Source: Thermoanaerobaculia bacterium (GTDB lineage: Bacteria; Acidobacteriota; Thermoanaerobaculia; Multivoradales; UBA5704). Taken from it: 64,000 bases of DNA. The stretch spans positions 29,339-93,338 of the forward strand of contig DASVAS010000028.1 of assembly GCA_036376245.1 (NCBI GenBank). The letters are read 5' to 3'. Below are positions 41,635 to 52,020 of the stretch, piece after piece; the stretch's first letter is position 1; the number at the start of each line of letters is the position of its first letter. The position numbers and the translations under genes are program-made. The notes beneath the pieces were generated by a model. The model worked only from the letters and a program-made list of their open reading frames with translations, ran no database searches and was not told the DNA's origin.

Positions 41635-43014
41635 TCACCTCAGAACTTCAAGAACCCGCCCCGGCGTCACCACCCGGTCCGCTGCCACTCCCTGAGCCGG
41701 CGTTTTGAGCCACAAGGCCTGGACGACCTCTTTCCCGGCGACGAAGGGCAGCCGTTCCGTCTTGGCTTCGAGCTCCGCGACGAGGCTTCTGGCGTCGCCC
41801 GGGGCCGCCCATTTCACCTCGCCGACCAGCACGCTGCCGCCGTCCAGGCTTTCGGCGACCAGATCGATCTCGAGCGGCCGGCGGTCGAGCCCGGGCCCCC
41901 ACCAGCGGCCGGCCGGTCCCCAGGCCCTGCCGCCGGGACGAAGCAGCGGCACGCTGGCCCGCGCCAGTTCCTCCCAGATTTCGCCGGTATGGTGCCCCAG
42001 ACGTTGGCCGATCTCTTCCTCCACCGCGGCCGCCTGGCCGGCCCCGAGACGGGAGCGGTTCACCTCGACGAAGCGGAACCAGAACCGCAGGAAGGGGTCC
42101 GAGATCTTGTAGAGGGTGCGCTTGCTGCTGCGCGGATCCTCCCCGAAGGGCGACTCGCGGAGGATGAGCTCCATGTCCAGCAGGCGCTGGAGCGGCCGGG
42201 ACAACGCGGTCGCCGGTTTGCCCAACCGCGCCGCGATCTCGGACATGCGGTGGCAGCCCTGGCCGATCAGGCTGAGGATCGACGCCGCCTGGGTCGTGTC
42301 GCGCATGTCGTCGAGCAGCAGGCGCAGCGGCTCTTCGGTGAGGACGCCCAGCGGGCTGAGGACGAGGGAACGGATCGCGGTCCGCAGATCGGGATGGTCC
42401 CGGGCCAACTCCCAGTAGCGCGGCGTACCGCCCCAGACCGCGAAGGCTTCCACGGCGCGTGCGGGATCGCGCAGATCCAGCGCGTCTCCGATCCAGCCGG
42501 CGGGGAGGGGGGAGATCTTGAGGATCTCGGTGGCGCGGCCGAAGAGAGGGGCCGTCCGGTCGAAGACGAGTCCCTGCATCATGCGCTGGGAGGAGCCGCT
42601 CAGGAGGAGATGGATGCCGCGTTCGGATTCGCGGTCCAGGCGCTTCTGCAACAGGCTTGGCAGCTCCGGGGCCACCGCGACCATGGCCGGGAGCTCATCC
42701 AGCGCCAATACGGTACCGGCCGGAGCCTCCCGCCACCAGCGATCGAGGAGAGATTCCCAGTCCGGGTAGGTGACCCGGTCGAAGCCGGGCAGCGCGCGGC
42801 CGATCTCGGTGGCCAGGCTGGCGAGCTGCAGGCTGCTCTCGCGGTCGTCGCCAACATAGTAGACGGCCCGCGGGGGCGTCAGGATCTCCCGTAAAAGCCT
42901 GGATTTGCCGCACCGCCGGCGGCCATAGAGGACCCCGAGCGAGCCTTCGGTACGGTCGAGGAGGCGCCGCAGGCGGGCGGTTTCTTCGGTGCGGTCGAGG
43001 AAGGGGAGCTTCAT
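41635..43014 (-). CDS. AAA+ ATPase of the DUF234/archaeal-ATPase type with a C-terminal winged-helix (ATP-binding protein).
   Basis: Walker A GRRRCGKSRLL. Walker B VLALDELP. The C-terminus is DUF234-like. Convergent with zwf. Confidence 0.7.
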   Translation of the reverse strand: MKLPFLDRTEETARLRRLLDRTEGSLGVLYGRRRCGKSRLLREILTPPRAVYYVGDDRESSLQLASLATEIGRALPGFDRVTYPDWESLLDRWWREAPAGTVLALDELPAMVAVAPELPSLLQKRLDRESERGIHLLLSGSSQRMMQGLVFDRTAPLFGRATEILKISPLPAGWIGDALDLRDPARAVEAFAVWGGTPRYWELARDHPDLRTAIRSLVLSPLGVLTEEPLRLLLDDMRDTTQAASILSLIGQGCHRMSEIAARLGKPATALSRPLQRLLDMELILRESPFGEDPRSSKRTLYKISDPFLRFWFRFVEVNRSRLGAGQAAAVEEEIGQRLGHHTGEIWEELARASVPLLRPGGRAWGPAGRWWGPGLDRRPLEIDLVAESLDGGSVLVGEVKWAAPGDARSLVAELEAKTERLPFVAGKEVVQALWLKTPAQGVAADRVVTPGRVLEVLR

Positions 43015-43036
43015 GCCGGTGAGGGACCTCGGGTGT

Positions 43037-43080
43037 CAGGATTATGCACCAGAAACATTATGTAGCTGGTGCATAATCCT
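43037..43080. promoter_or_regulatory. Perfect 16-bp AT-rich palindrome (CAGGATTATGCACCAG-N12-CTGGTGCATAATCCTG), which is an operator candidate 23 nt upstream of the AAA ATPase start or a terminator for the aldo/keto reductase.
   Basis: Exact inverted repeat in a locally AT-rich 80-nt intergenic segment. An internal ATTATG direct repeat is also present. Confidence 0.5.
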
Positions 43081-43095
43081 GACAAGCCCGCCGGC

Positions 43096-44076
43096 CTACT
43101 GGTTCACGCTCGACATATCGGGATACCGCTGCCCGGCCGCCGCTCCCTTGGGGGCGACTTCGTCGATCCGCCGCAGGTCCTCTTCCGTCAGCTCGACGTC
43201 CAGGGCTCCCACGTTCTCCTCCAGATACTTGCGCCGCTTGGTGCCGGGGATGGGCACGATGTGATCCCCCTGGGCCAGCACCCAGGCGAGGGCCAACTGG
43301 GCCGGTGTGCACTTCTTGGCGGCGGCGATCTCCTCGATGCGGGTCACGAGGTCGAGGTTCTTCTGGAAGTTCTCGCCCTGGAAGCGGGGGGAGTTGCGGC
43401 GGTAGTCGTCCTCCGGCAGATCGTCGAAGCTGCGGAACTGGCCGGTGAGGAAGCCGCGGCCGAGGGGGCTGTAGGCCACGAAGCCCACGGCCAGCTCCCG
43501 GCAGGCGGTGAGGATGTCGTCCTCCGGGTCGCGGCTCCACAGCGAGTACTCGGTCTGCAAAGCCTCGATGGGATGGACGGCGCAGGCGCGGCGGAGGGTG
43601 TCGGGACCGGCTTCCGAGAGGCCGAGGAAGCGCACCTTTCCTTCTTCCACGAGGCGGGCCATCTCCCCCACGGTGTCCTCGATGTGCGTGGCGGGATCCA
43701 CCCGATGCTGGTAGTAGAGGTCGATGGTGTCGATCCCCAAGCGGCGCAGGCTGGCCTCGCAGGCGGAGCGGACGTACTCCGGCTTGCCGCTGATGCCCTG
43801 CCAGCCGCCGTCCTCTGTGCGCATGATGCCGAACTTGGTGGCGACCACCACGCGGTCGCGCCGGCCCTTGAGGAACCGGCCCAGCAGCTCCTCGTTGGTG
43901 AACGGGCCGTACATGTCCGCGGTGTCGAAGAACGTGATCCCCAGCTCGAGGGCCCGCTCCAGGGTGGCCATCGACTCGGAGTCGTCCCGTCCGGCGTAGA
44001 AGTCGGACATTCCCATGCAACCCAGGCCCATCGCCGAAACGGTGAGCCCGCCGCGTCCCAGTTGTCGTGTCTTCAT
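43096..44076 (-). CDS. Aldo/keto reductase.
   Basis: [33 protein letters not shown] and IPGTKR motifs. Confidence 0.9.
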   Translation of the reverse strand: MKTRQLGRGGLTVSAMGLGCMGMSDFYAGRDDSESMATLERALELGITFFDTADMYGPFTNEELLGRFLKGRRDRVVVATKFGIMRTEDGGWQGISGKPEYVRSACEASLRRLGIDTIDLYYQHRVDPATHIEDTVGEMARLVEEGKVRFLGLSEAGPDTLRRACAVHPIEALQTEYSLWSRDPEDDILTACRELAVGFVAYSPLGRGFLTGQFRSFDDLPEDDYRRNSPRFQGENFQKNLDLVTRIEEIAAAKKCTPAQLALAWVLAQGDHIVPIPGTKRRKYLEENVGALDVELTEEDLRRIDEVAPKGAAAGQRYPDMSSVNQ

Positions 44077-45707
44077 GGTGCGGTCTCCTTCTTGTCCTTG
44101 CTGTCCTTCTTGGCCGGCGGCGCCTGCGGCAGCGGCTTGCGCGGCAGGGGCTCCGGGCGCATGGCCGCGTTGTAGAGGAAGGCGGCCATGATCGTCGACG
44201 CCTGCTTCATGTCCTTCGGCTGAAGGTGGTCGTAGGTGTCCAGGTTCGTGTGGTGCGTGCGGGAGAAGTAGTCCAGGTCGTCCTGGATGAACTGGAACCC
44301 GGGGAGGCCCACCCGGTCCAGCGACACGTGGTCGGTGCCGCCCGTGGCGCGCAGGGTGACCGTGGTGGCTCCGAGGTCGTGGAAGGGCTCGAGCCAGGCT
44401 TCGAAGATCGGCTTCACGGCGGCGTTGGTCTCCGCGTAGATGCCGCGCACCATGCCGCTGCCGTTGTCGAGGTTGAAGTAGGCGGCGAGCTTGCCGTGCT
44501 CGGGCTTGAGCTGGAGCGGCCAGGTCTCCTCGCGGAAGCGCTCCGGCAGCGCCTTCTGCTCGGGATCGGTGGTCTCCGGCCGGGTGGCGAAGTGCTGCTT
44601 CGCGTAGGCGACGGAGCCGAGGAGGCCCTGCTCCTCGCCGGTCCAGAGGACGAACCGGATGGTGCGCCGGGGCTTGACGCCCAGAGCCTTGAGGATGCGC
44701 GCCGCCTCCATCACCACGGCGCTGCCGGCGGCGTTGTCCGTGGCGCCGGTCCCTCCATGCCAGGAGTCGAGGTGGGCACCGGCCATGACGATCTCGTCCT
44801 TCTTGTCCGTGCCGGGGATCTCCGCCACCACGTTGTAGGACTTGAGGTCGTCGTCATGGAAGCGGGCGGCGACGTCGACTTCCATCTCCACGGTCTTGCC
44901 GTTGTCCAGCAGGCGGAGGATCTGGTTGTAGTGCTCGGCGGCCATCACCAGGGCCGGGACGCCCACGCTTTCCCCCGGCTCCCAGGAGCCGCCGCCCGAC
45001 ACGCGAACGATCCCGTTGATGCGCCCGCTCGTCTCCACGGTCGCGAGGATCTTCTCCTGCTCCAGGAACTGGTTGAAAGCCTTGCGGAACTTCCAGCGCT
45101 TCAACGCGCCCGCCCGCCAGTTGCCCTCCTCCGAATCCGCGTCGAACTCGAATTCGGACATCTTCTCGAGGTCCTCCCGGGAATTGCGCTCGTACTGCGC
45201 GTCCGCCAACTTGTCGAACTCCGCGGCCTTGTCCAGGAGGAGAATCTTGCCCCCCAGTTTGCCACGCTGCTTCTCCAGGTCCTCTTCGGAGGAGATCTCG
45301 ACCTGGACCACCTGGCCGCGGATCGGGCCGTTGGTGCCCGGCGTCCAGGCCTTGGGCAAGGCGAGCAGCGGGAACGCCCGGGGCGAGGTCATGCGCACCT
45401 CGCAGGCGGTGAACGACCAGCCGCGGCCGAACTGGAAGCCTTCCAGGTGGGCGTTGGCGAGGCCCCAGTCCGCGAACTGGCTCCGGGTCCATTCGGTCGC
45501 TTCCTTGAGCTGCGGCGAGGCGGTGAGGCGGGGGCCGATGACGTCGGTCAGGTGGAACAGGTGGTCCATGACCTGGGACCGGTTGAGCCCCTCGTCGCGG
45601 ATGCGGGACATCATGCCGAGGTCCACCGTCTCGGTGGACGCGGGAAGGGGCAGGACCAGCAGAAGGATCAGGGCGAAGACGGAAATACGCGGCATAGGTT
45701 TCCCCAT
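44073..45707 (-). CDS. Secreted M28-family aminopeptidase with a PA domain.
   Basis: Signal peptide. Zinc-ligand blocks ([10 protein letters not shown]; [15 protein letters not shown]; [11 protein letters not shown]). It overlaps the aldo/keto reductase start by 4 nt. Confidence 0.8.
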   Translation of the reverse strand: MGKPMPRISVFALILLLVLPLPASTETVDLGMMSRIRDEGLNRSQVMDHLFHLTDVIGPRLTASPQLKEATEWTRSQFADWGLANAHLEGFQFGRGWSFTACEVRMTSPRAFPLLALPKAWTPGTNGPIRGQVVQVEISSEEDLEKQRGKLGGKILLLDKAAEFDKLADAQYERNSREDLEKMSEFEFDADSEEGNWRAGALKRWKFRKAFNQFLEQEKILATVETSGRINGIVRVSGGGSWEPGESVGVPALVMAAEHYNQILRLLDNGKTVEMEVDVAARFHDDDLKSYNVVAEIPGTDKKDEIVMAGAHLDSWHGGTGATDNAAGSAVVMEAARILKALGVKPRRTIRFVLWTGEEQGLLGSVAYAKQHFATRPETTDPEQKALPERFREETWPLQLKPEHGKLAAYFNLDNGSGMVRGIYAETNAAVKPIFEAWLEPFHDLGATTVTLRATGGTDHVSLDRVGLPGFQFIQDDLDYFSRTHHTNLDTYDHLQPKDMKQASTIMAAFLYNAAMRPEPLPRKPLPQAPPAKKDSKDKKETAP

Positions 45708-45789
45708 TCTTGAAAAGACCGGACGGCGGGCAGTCTACCCGAATCCTCTCCTGCTAGGATTTCCTCCTCCGGACCACTGACGAGGTGCC

Positions 45790-47829
45790 TTGATGAACCG
45801 ACGATCCATCGCCCTGGCCGGCTTCGCCCTGGCCGTTCTCCTGGCCTCGCCGCTCGCCGCGGATGGGCCCCGTCCTCTGAAGGTGGACGACATCTTCTCG
45901 CTCAAGACGGTCGGCGATCCCCGGCTCAGTCCGGACGGCCGCTGGGTGGCCTACACCGTCCGCTCCCTCGATCCCAAGGCGGATTCCGCCAACACCGACG
46001 TCTACATGGTTCCCTTCGAGGGAGGCGCGGCCCTGCAGGTCACCTCCAGCCCCAAGCCGGAGACCCGCCCGCGCTTCAGCCCGGACGGCCGGTATCTCGC
46101 CTTCCTCTCCGGGCGCGACGGCAAGAAGACCCAGGTCTGGCTCCTCGACCGGCGCGGCGGCGAAGCCGTGAAGCTGACCGACTACAAGGCGGACGTCTCC
46201 GACCTCGCCTGGTCGCCGGACGGCAAGCGCCTGGCGCTGGTGGTGGGGGATGTCGATCCCGACGATGAGGACGAGGAGAAACAGGGCGGGGAGGCCTCCG
46301 GGGCGTCCAAGACCCCCAAGCCGATCGTCATCCGCCGCCTCCAGTTCAAGCGCGACGGCGAGGGCTACCTGCGGGACCTCCGGCAGCACATCTACGTCTT
46401 CGACGTCGAGTCGAAGAAGAGCGTCCAGGTCACCTCCGGCCCCTATGACGACTCCGATCCGGCCTGGTCCCCCGACGGTCGCTGGATCGCCTTCGCCAGC
46501 AACCGGACGCCGGACCCGGACGCCAACGACAACAGCGACATCTTCGTCGTCGAGGCCAAGGAGAAGCAGAGCCCGAAGGCCCTCACCACGTGGGAGGGCA
46601 ACGACGGGAACCCGGCTTTCAGCCCGGACGGCCAGTGGATCGTCTACCTGGCGGGCGGCGATCCCAAGGACGTCTGGTACGACACCAATGCCGTCGCCGT
46701 GGTGCCGGTCCAGGGCGGCGCGCCCCGGCTGCTGACCAGGACGCTCGACCGCAACGCCGGGAATCCGCGTTTCTCGCCGGACGGCCAGTCGGTCTTCTTC
46801 GTTCTGGAGGACGGCGGCAACGAGCACCTCGCCCGCGTCCCGGTCTCCGGCGGGCCGGTGGAGCGGGTGGTCTCCGGCGAGCGGTCGATCCAGACGTACG
46901 ACGTGGGGCGGCAGGGGGAGGTCGTGGTGCTGGAGAGCACGCCGCAGCGGCCGTTCGAGGTCTCGGCCGTGGACGGCGGCTCCCTGCGCCGCCTGAGCGG
47001 GGCCAACGACGACTTCCTGAAGGGCATCCGTCTCGGCGAGGTGCGGCGCTTCCAGGCCACCAGCCCGGACGGCACCAAGGTCGACGCCTTCCTGACCCTG
47101 CCGCCCGACGCGCCGGCGGGAAAGCGGCTGCCCACGATTCTGCGCATCCACGGCGGTCCGGTGGCCCAGTTCAACACCTCGTTCAACCTCGAGTGGCAGG
47201 TCCTGGCCGCCCACGGCTACGCGGTGATCGGGGCGAACCCGCGGGGCTCTTCGGGCTACGGCCGCGAGTTCAGCCGGGCCATCTGGGCCGATTGGGGGAA
47301 CAAGGATTTCCAGGACGTGATGGCCGCCGTGGACGCCGCCGTCGCGATGGGCGCGGCCGATCCGGACCGTCTGGGAGTGGGGGGATGGAGCTATGGCGGC
47401 ATCCTGACCAACTACGTCATCACCAAGACCGGCCGCTTCAAGGCCGCGACCTCGGGGGCGAGCGAGGTCCTCTACCTCTCCAACTACGGAACGGACCACT
47501 ACCAGAAAGAGTGGGAGGGCGAGTTGGGGCTGCCGTGGGAGAAGACCGATCAGTGGATCAAGATCTCCCCCTTCTTCCAGGTGGCCAAGGTCACCACGCC
47601 GACCCTGATCCTCTGCGGCGAGGAGGACGTCAACGTGCCGCTCCTCAACTCCGAGCAGCTCTACCAGGCCCTGCGCCGCCTCGGCCGGGAGACGGAGCTG
47701 GTGATCTACCCGGGCCAGAGCCACGGCATCACCAGGCCGACCTACCAGAAGGACCGGTTCGAGCGGTATCTGGCGTGGTATGACAAGTACTTGAAAGGGG
47801 CCGTCAAGGCGGAGGCGAAGGCGCCGTAG
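45790..47829 (+). CDS. S9-family serine peptidase (acylaminoacyl-peptidase/dipeptidyl-peptidase-like) with an N-terminal TolB-like beta-propeller.
   Basis: Signal peptide. Repeated SPDGRW/FSPDG blades. Catalytic GGWSYGG nucleophile elbow. C-terminal alpha/beta hydrolase region (ILCGEEDVNVP, GQSHGI). Confidence 0.85.
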   Translation: MMNRRSIALAGFALAVLLASPLAADGPRPLKVDDIFSLKTVGDPRLSPDGRWVAYTVRSLDPKADSANTDVYMVPFEGGAALQVTSSPKPETRPRFSPDGRYLAFLSGRDGKKTQVWLLDRRGGEAVKLTDYKADVSDLAWSPDGKRLALVVGDVDPDDEDEEKQGGEASGASKTPKPIVIRRLQFKRDGEGYLRDLRQHIYVFDVESKKSVQVTSGPYDDSDPAWSPDGRWIAFASNRTPDPDANDNSDIFVVEAKEKQSPKALTTWEGNDGNPAFSPDGQWIVYLAGGDPKDVWYDTNAVAVVPVQGGAPRLLTRTLDRNAGNPRFSPDGQSVFFVLEDGGNEHLARVPVSGGPVERVVSGERSIQTYDVGRQGEVVVLESTPQRPFEVSAVDGGSLRRLSGANDDFLKGIRLGEVRRFQATSPDGTKVDAFLTLPPDAPAGKRLPTILRIHGGPVAQFNTSFNLEWQVLAAHGYAVIGANPRGSSGYGREFSRAIWADWGNKDFQDVMAAVDAAVAMGAADPDRLGVGGWSYGGILTNYVITKTGRFKAATSGASEVLYLSNYGTDHYQKEWEGELGLPWEKTDQWIKISPFFQVAKVTTPTLILCGEEDVNVPLLNSEQLYQALRRLGRETELVIYPGQSHGITRPTYQKDRFERYLAWYDKYLKGAVKAEAKAP

Positions 47830-47916
47830 GAGCCCCCGGAATTGCTCACGCAGGCCCGGCGGTTCTGAAAACTGCCGATCTCCTCGCGACCGATTCGTGA
47901 GAGAGTTCCCCTGACG

Positions 47917-48732
47917 ATGTACAACCAGTTCTACGGCTTCCGCGAATCGCCGTTCAACATCACCCCCGATCCGCGGTTCCTGTTCTTCAGTGACCGCCAC
48001 CGGGAGGCGTACAACCACATCCTGTTCGGCATCCGGGAACGCAAGGGGTTCATCCAGGTCACCGGCGAGGTCGGCGCGGGCAAGACCACCCTCTGCCGGG
48101 CACTCCTGGACGAGCTGGGTCCCAACTACGTCACGGCCCTGATCCTCAACCCCTATCTGAAAAACCCCACCCAGCTCCTGCGGGCCATCCTGGCCGAGCT
48201 CGGGCTCCAGCCTGGCAAGGCCGACCTCGTGACCTGCCTGGAGATGCTCAACCGGTTCCTCCTGGAGCAGCTCGAGAAGGGTAACGACGTGGTGCTCCTG
48301 ATCGACGAGGCCCAGGACCTCGACTCCGAGATGCTGGAGCAGGTCCGGCTCCTCTCCAATCTGGAGACCGATCAGCGCAAGCTCCTCCAGATCGTCCTCA
48401 TCGGCCAGCCGGAGCTCCGGGAGAAGCTGAACGACCGCAGCCTGCGGCAGCTCCGCCAGCGGATCACCGTGCGGTATCACCTGACGCCGCTGTCGCGCCC
48501 GGAGGTGGAGCATTACATCCGGCACCGTCTGCAGATCGCCGGCGGCAACGGGCGGCCGGCCTTCACTCCGTGGGCGATCCGCTCGATCTTCCGGTACTCG
48601 GGCGGCGTGCCGCGGCTCGTCAACGCGGTCTGCGACAAGGCGCTGCTGGCCGGGTTCGTGGACGGGTCGGACTTGCTGACCTGGCGGCAGATCCGGCGGG
48701 CGATCCGCGAGCTGGAGGGGGACGTTTCATGA
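47917..48732 (+). CDS. ExeA/GspA-like AAA ATPase (general secretion pathway protein A family).
   Basis: YGFRESPFNITPDPRFLFFSDRHREAYNHIL, Walker A GEVGAGKTTLCRAL and Walker B VLLIDEAQ are the typical ExeA N-terminal region. Confidence 0.75.
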   Translation: MYNQFYGFRESPFNITPDPRFLFFSDRHREAYNHILFGIRERKGFIQVTGEVGAGKTTLCRALLDELGPNYVTALILNPYLKNPTQLLRAILAELGLQPGKADLVTCLEMLNRFLLEQLEKGNDVVLLIDEAQDLDSEMLEQVRLLSNLETDQRKLLQIVLIGQPELREKLNDRSLRQLRQRITVRYHLTPLSRPEVEHYIRHRLQIAGGNGRPAFTPWAIRSIFRYSGGVPRLVNAVCDKALLAGFVDGSDLLTWRQIRRAIRELEGDVS

Positions 48733-49493
48733 GCCTGATCAGCGAAGCCTTGAAGAAGGCCCGGCAGGAGGCCGCACGCCAGGACGCCGCAAGACAGAGC
48801 TTGCCCTACGCGGTAGGGGCGACGGAGACGCAGTCTCCGCGGAACACCCTCCTGATGGGCCTGGCGGGCCTGGGAGCGGGATGCCTCCTCGCCGGCGCCC
48901 TGTTCGCCATGGCCTATTTCGGAGGCTGGGGACCGTTCGCCAAGCCCCAGGCGGCTCCCGCGCCTCGGGTGGCGCAGGTTCCGCCACCGCCCGCCGCCGT
49001 TCCTTCGGCCCCTGTCCAGATAGAGCCCGCTCCGGTCGAGGTCCAGGAAGAGGAACAGGTGCCCGCCGCCTCTACGCCTCCGGCCCCGGTGACGGCTCCT
49101 CCCCCTCAAGTTACGCCGGAAGCTCAACCCTCCATCGAGATCCGGCCTGCGACGCCGGAGCCCCAGCCCGAGCCCGTGCCGGTTGCGCCGCCACCCGCGC
49201 CTGTCGAGGAGGAGCGTCCGGCCGCTCCAGCCCCCGCTCCCGATCCCGCTCCGGCGGCTCCCGCGGGGGGCCTGGTGGAGGGGCGGACCTACACCGGGGA
49301 AGTCCCCGTTCCCGGAGGCGGCGTGGTCCGGCTGAACGGCATCGCCTTCTCCCAGGAGCGCCCGGTCGTGGTGCTCGACGGCCGCGTCATGGGAACGGGC
49401 GAGGTCGTCCAGGGTTTCACAGTGGTCGAGATCGAGGCCGGCCGCGTGAAGCTCCAGGGTCACGGCGCGACCGTGTACGTCTCCCCGAAGTAA
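48729..49493 (+). CDS. GspB-like proline-rich membrane-anchored protein, partner of ExeA.
   Basis: ATG at 48729 overlaps the ExeA stop. The product has one transmembrane helix (LLMGLAGLGAGCLLAGALFAMAYF), a long PAPV-rich linker, and a conserved C-terminal block (GVVRLNGIAFSQERPVVVLDGRVMGTGEVVQGFTVVEIE) like GspB/ExeB C-termini. Confidence 0.45.
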   Translation: MSLISEALKKARQEAARQDAARQSLPYAVGATETQSPRNTLLMGLAGLGAGCLLAGALFAMAYFGGWGPFAKPQAAPAPRVAQVPPPPAAVPSAPVQIEPAPVEVQEEEQVPAASTPPAPVTAPPPQVTPEAQPSIEIRPATPEPQPEPVPVAPPPAPVEEERPAAPAPAPDPAPAAPAGGLVEGRTYTGEVPVPGGGVVRLNGIAFSQERPVVVLDGRVMGTGEVVQGFTVVEIEAGRVKLQGHGATVYVSPK

Positions 49494-49530
49494 GGGACCT
49501 GGCAGGGGATGAGCATAGACTAGCCCTGCC

Positions 49531-50550
49531 ATGGAAGACGATCTGCAATCCCTGGGCGAGGCCACGCTCGAAAAGGTCCGGCGGGACGTCCAGGTCTTCG
49601 GCTGGCATCTGCTGCTGGTCACCGGGGGTGTGGGCGAGCCGGCCTTCCTCTTCACCATCGGTCTGTGGGAGAGCTTCCGGCATCCGGAGATCATCCTGTT
49701 CGTCCCCTCCAACGATCCCCAGGACATGGCGGGGAACCTCCAGGCCGTGGTGAACAGGATCCAGCAGGGGGAGAGCTTCCAGAACGGACAGGACAAAGAG
49801 GGGCTCTTCGGCCACTTCCCGGGAGCGTTCCGGCCGGTCGCCAAGCTCTGGTACCCCCTCTTTCTCGGGACGGCCATGGCCTATTACGGCGGCGACGGCT
49901 TCCCTGCGCTGCAGCTTTTCTGGCCGGACCCGGAGAGCCGCTTCCCCTGGGAAGAAGGCTTCGCTTCGGGGCTCATGCCGTTCCAGCCTCTGCTCCACCA
50001 GACCGTCCTGAACCTCGCCAACCTGCCGGACCGGCTGGTGGAGGAGCTGGAGGACTCCGGGAGCGTCCAGAACGTCACCTTCGTCGCCGAGGACCTCTTC
50101 CTCGACCTGGATCAGGAGACGCAGGAGAGCTTCCTGGACGAGTGGCGATGGCTGGTGGGGCCGGGCGCCGAGGTCTTCCTGGTGACGGTCTTCGGAGACG
50201 TCTTCTTCAAGACCCCCGACGGCCGGGTCTGTTGGCTGGACACCGGCTGGGCCAGCTACGTGGAAGTCGCCGACAGCGAGGACGAATGGGTGGACCAGGT
50301 CGAGGAGCGCGGCCACGAGTGGTTCCACGCCAAGATCCGTCTCGACCTCCTGCTGCGGGACAACCACCTGGAGGAAGGCCAGGCCTACGGCTGGCTCCAG
50401 CCGCCGATGCTGGGAGGGGAGGAGACGGCGGAGAACATCGAGCGGGTGGACGCAGCCGAGTACATCGCCAAGCTGGGGAAGCTCGGCAGGACGATCCAGC
50501 AGCTCACTCCGGAGCCGGGGGACGACGAGGTCGGCTCCGACGTCTTCTAA
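49531..50550 (+). CDS. DUF4262-domain protein fused to a C-terminal Tdi1/DUF1851-like domain. This architecture is often seen in immunity-type proteins of polymorphic toxin systems.
   Basis: N-terminus VFGWHLLLVTGGVGEPAFLFTIGLWESFRHPEIILF ... LFWPDPESRFPWEEGF matches DUF4262 from memory. The C-terminus YGWLQPPMLGGEETAENIERVDAAEYI resembles the Tdi1 C-terminal domain. Recalled from memory and not searched. Confidence 0.45.
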   Translation: MEDDLQSLGEATLEKVRRDVQVFGWHLLLVTGGVGEPAFLFTIGLWESFRHPEIILFVPSNDPQDMAGNLQAVVNRIQQGESFQNGQDKEGLFGHFPGAFRPVAKLWYPLFLGTAMAYYGGDGFPALQLFWPDPESRFPWEEGFASGLMPFQPLLHQTVLNLANLPDRLVEELEDSGSVQNVTFVAEDLFLDLDQETQESFLDEWRWLVGPGAEVFLVTVFGDVFFKTPDGRVCWLDTGWASYVEVADSEDEWVDQVEERGHEWFHAKIRLDLLLRDNHLEEGQAYGWLQPPMLGGEETAENIERVDAAEYIAKLGKLGRTIQQLTPEPGDDEVGSDVF

Positions 50551-50562
50551 AATCATCCCCCC

Positions 50563-51525
50563 ATGGACCTCTACGACACCCTGATCGTGGGCGGCGGCCC
50601 GGCCGGCCTCTCGGCGGCGCTCCATCTGGCCTGGCACCGGCGCAAGGTGCTGGTGATCGACCGCGTCACCGGCCCTCTGTTCTTCACGCTGGAGAAGCTC
50701 TGGAACGTCCCCGGCATGCCCGGCGCGACCGGGGCGGAGATCCAGAAGAGCCTCAAGGCCCAGGCGTTGGAGATGGGGGCCGAGGTCCAGCGCGGCAGCG
50801 TGGTCCGGGCGGAGGGACAGGAAGGGGAGTTCCTCCTCACCGGCAGCAAGGGAGAGCAGTGGCGGGGCCGCACCCTGCTGCTGGCCACGGGGGTGGCGCG
50901 CTATCACCCGACCGTGGACGGCGACTTCACTCCCTGCTTCAGCTACGCGGGCAAGGGCAACCTCTTCTACTGCACGGACTGCGAAGGGCCGGAGCTGTTC
51001 GGCCGCGACACGGTCGTCCTCGGCGCCGGCCCGGCGGACTGGGCGGCGGGCATGGCCGTGGGGCTCTCCCGCTACACGGACAGGATGCGGGTGCTCCTCA
51101 CCGGCGGCCAGGACCTCTCGGAGCGCTGGGCCGAGCGGCTGCGGGAGCGGAACATCCCGGTGCTGAAGGGCGAGATCCAGCGGCTGATCGGCGAGAAGCG
51201 CCACCTGACGGGAGTGGAGCTCAAGGACGGGACGGTCGTGGAGGCGGAGGCCTTTTTCGTATCGAGCCCGGCCCGGGGGCGGACGGACCTCGCCGTCCAG
51301 CTCGGCGTCGAGATCGCCCCCACCGGCCACCACGCCCAGCCGCTGTCGCAGCGCGGGGACACCAACGTTCCCGGCGTGTGGGTGGCGGGGGACCTGCGGC
51401 CGATGACGCAGCAGGTGGCGGTCGCGCTGGGGACGGGGAACATCGCGGCCGTGATGATCGACCAGCACCTGCGCAGGCGTGAGGTGGAGGGCCGGCGGGA
51501 TATGATCTCCCCCGGAGCAGAGTAG
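50563..51525 (+). CDS. FAD/NAD(P)-dependent oxidoreductase (thioredoxin-reductase-like).
   Basis: FAD motif YDTLIVGGGPAGLSAALHLA, a second NAD(P) Rossmann motif VLGAGPADWAAGMAV, and GD motif VWVAGDL. No CxxC redox pair was seen. Confidence 0.7.
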   Translation: MDLYDTLIVGGGPAGLSAALHLAWHRRKVLVIDRVTGPLFFTLEKLWNVPGMPGATGAEIQKSLKAQALEMGAEVQRGSVVRAEGQEGEFLLTGSKGEQWRGRTLLLATGVARYHPTVDGDFTPCFSYAGKGNLFYCTDCEGPELFGRDTVVLGAGPADWAAGMAVGLSRYTDRMRVLLTGGQDLSERWAERLRERNIPVLKGEIQRLIGEKRHLTGVELKDGTVVEAEAFFVSSPARGRTDLAVQLGVEIAPTGHHAQPLSQRGDTNVPGVWVAGDLRPMTQQVAVALGTGNIAAVMIDQHLRRREVEGRRDMISPGAE

Positions 51526-52020
51526 ATGAACCTTTCCCCGAGCGCCGGCCGGACCCTGGTCCTGATCCTCTCCCTCTGCGGCTGCATGGCCTGCACGGGA
51601 GCGCGCGATCCGAAGACTCCCGCGTCCGAACCCAGGACGGCCCTGGAGATGCTGCGGGACCGCGCGTCCGGCGTGCAGTGGGACGCGGCGAGCCAGCGGA
51701 AGGCCGACTTCGATCAGGACGGACAGCAGGACGCGGCCTTCCTGGGATTCCGCAAGGACAAGGCCGTCGTGGGCATCGTCCAGGGGCCGATGACGTCCCG
51801 CAGGCGGATCTCGCTCCTGGAGTTCGACCGGGGAGGCGGCGGTCAGGACGACCTCTGTTCCGAAAAGGTCGGGATCGACCTCGAACGCCTGGAAGAGCTG
51901 GAGAGCCCCGAGGAGGTCCCGGTCAAAGGGATCGGGGTCAACCTCCACGACGACCGGTGCGATGCGTTCCACATCTACTGGGACCCGGTGAACCGGCGCT
52001 TCGACTGGTGGAGGCTCTGA
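51526..52020 (+). CDS. Hypothetical lipoprotein.
   Basis: Lipobox LILSLCGCMAC. No known domain. Its stop overlaps the next gene's start. Confidence 0.45.
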   Translation: MNLSPSAGRTLVLILSLCGCMACTGARDPKTPASEPRTALEMLRDRASGVQWDAASQRKADFDQDGQQDAAFLGFRKDKAVVGIVQGPMTSRRRISLLEFDRGGGGQDDLCSEKVGIDLERLEELESPEEVPVKGIGVNLHDDRCDAFHIYWDPVNRRFDWWRL

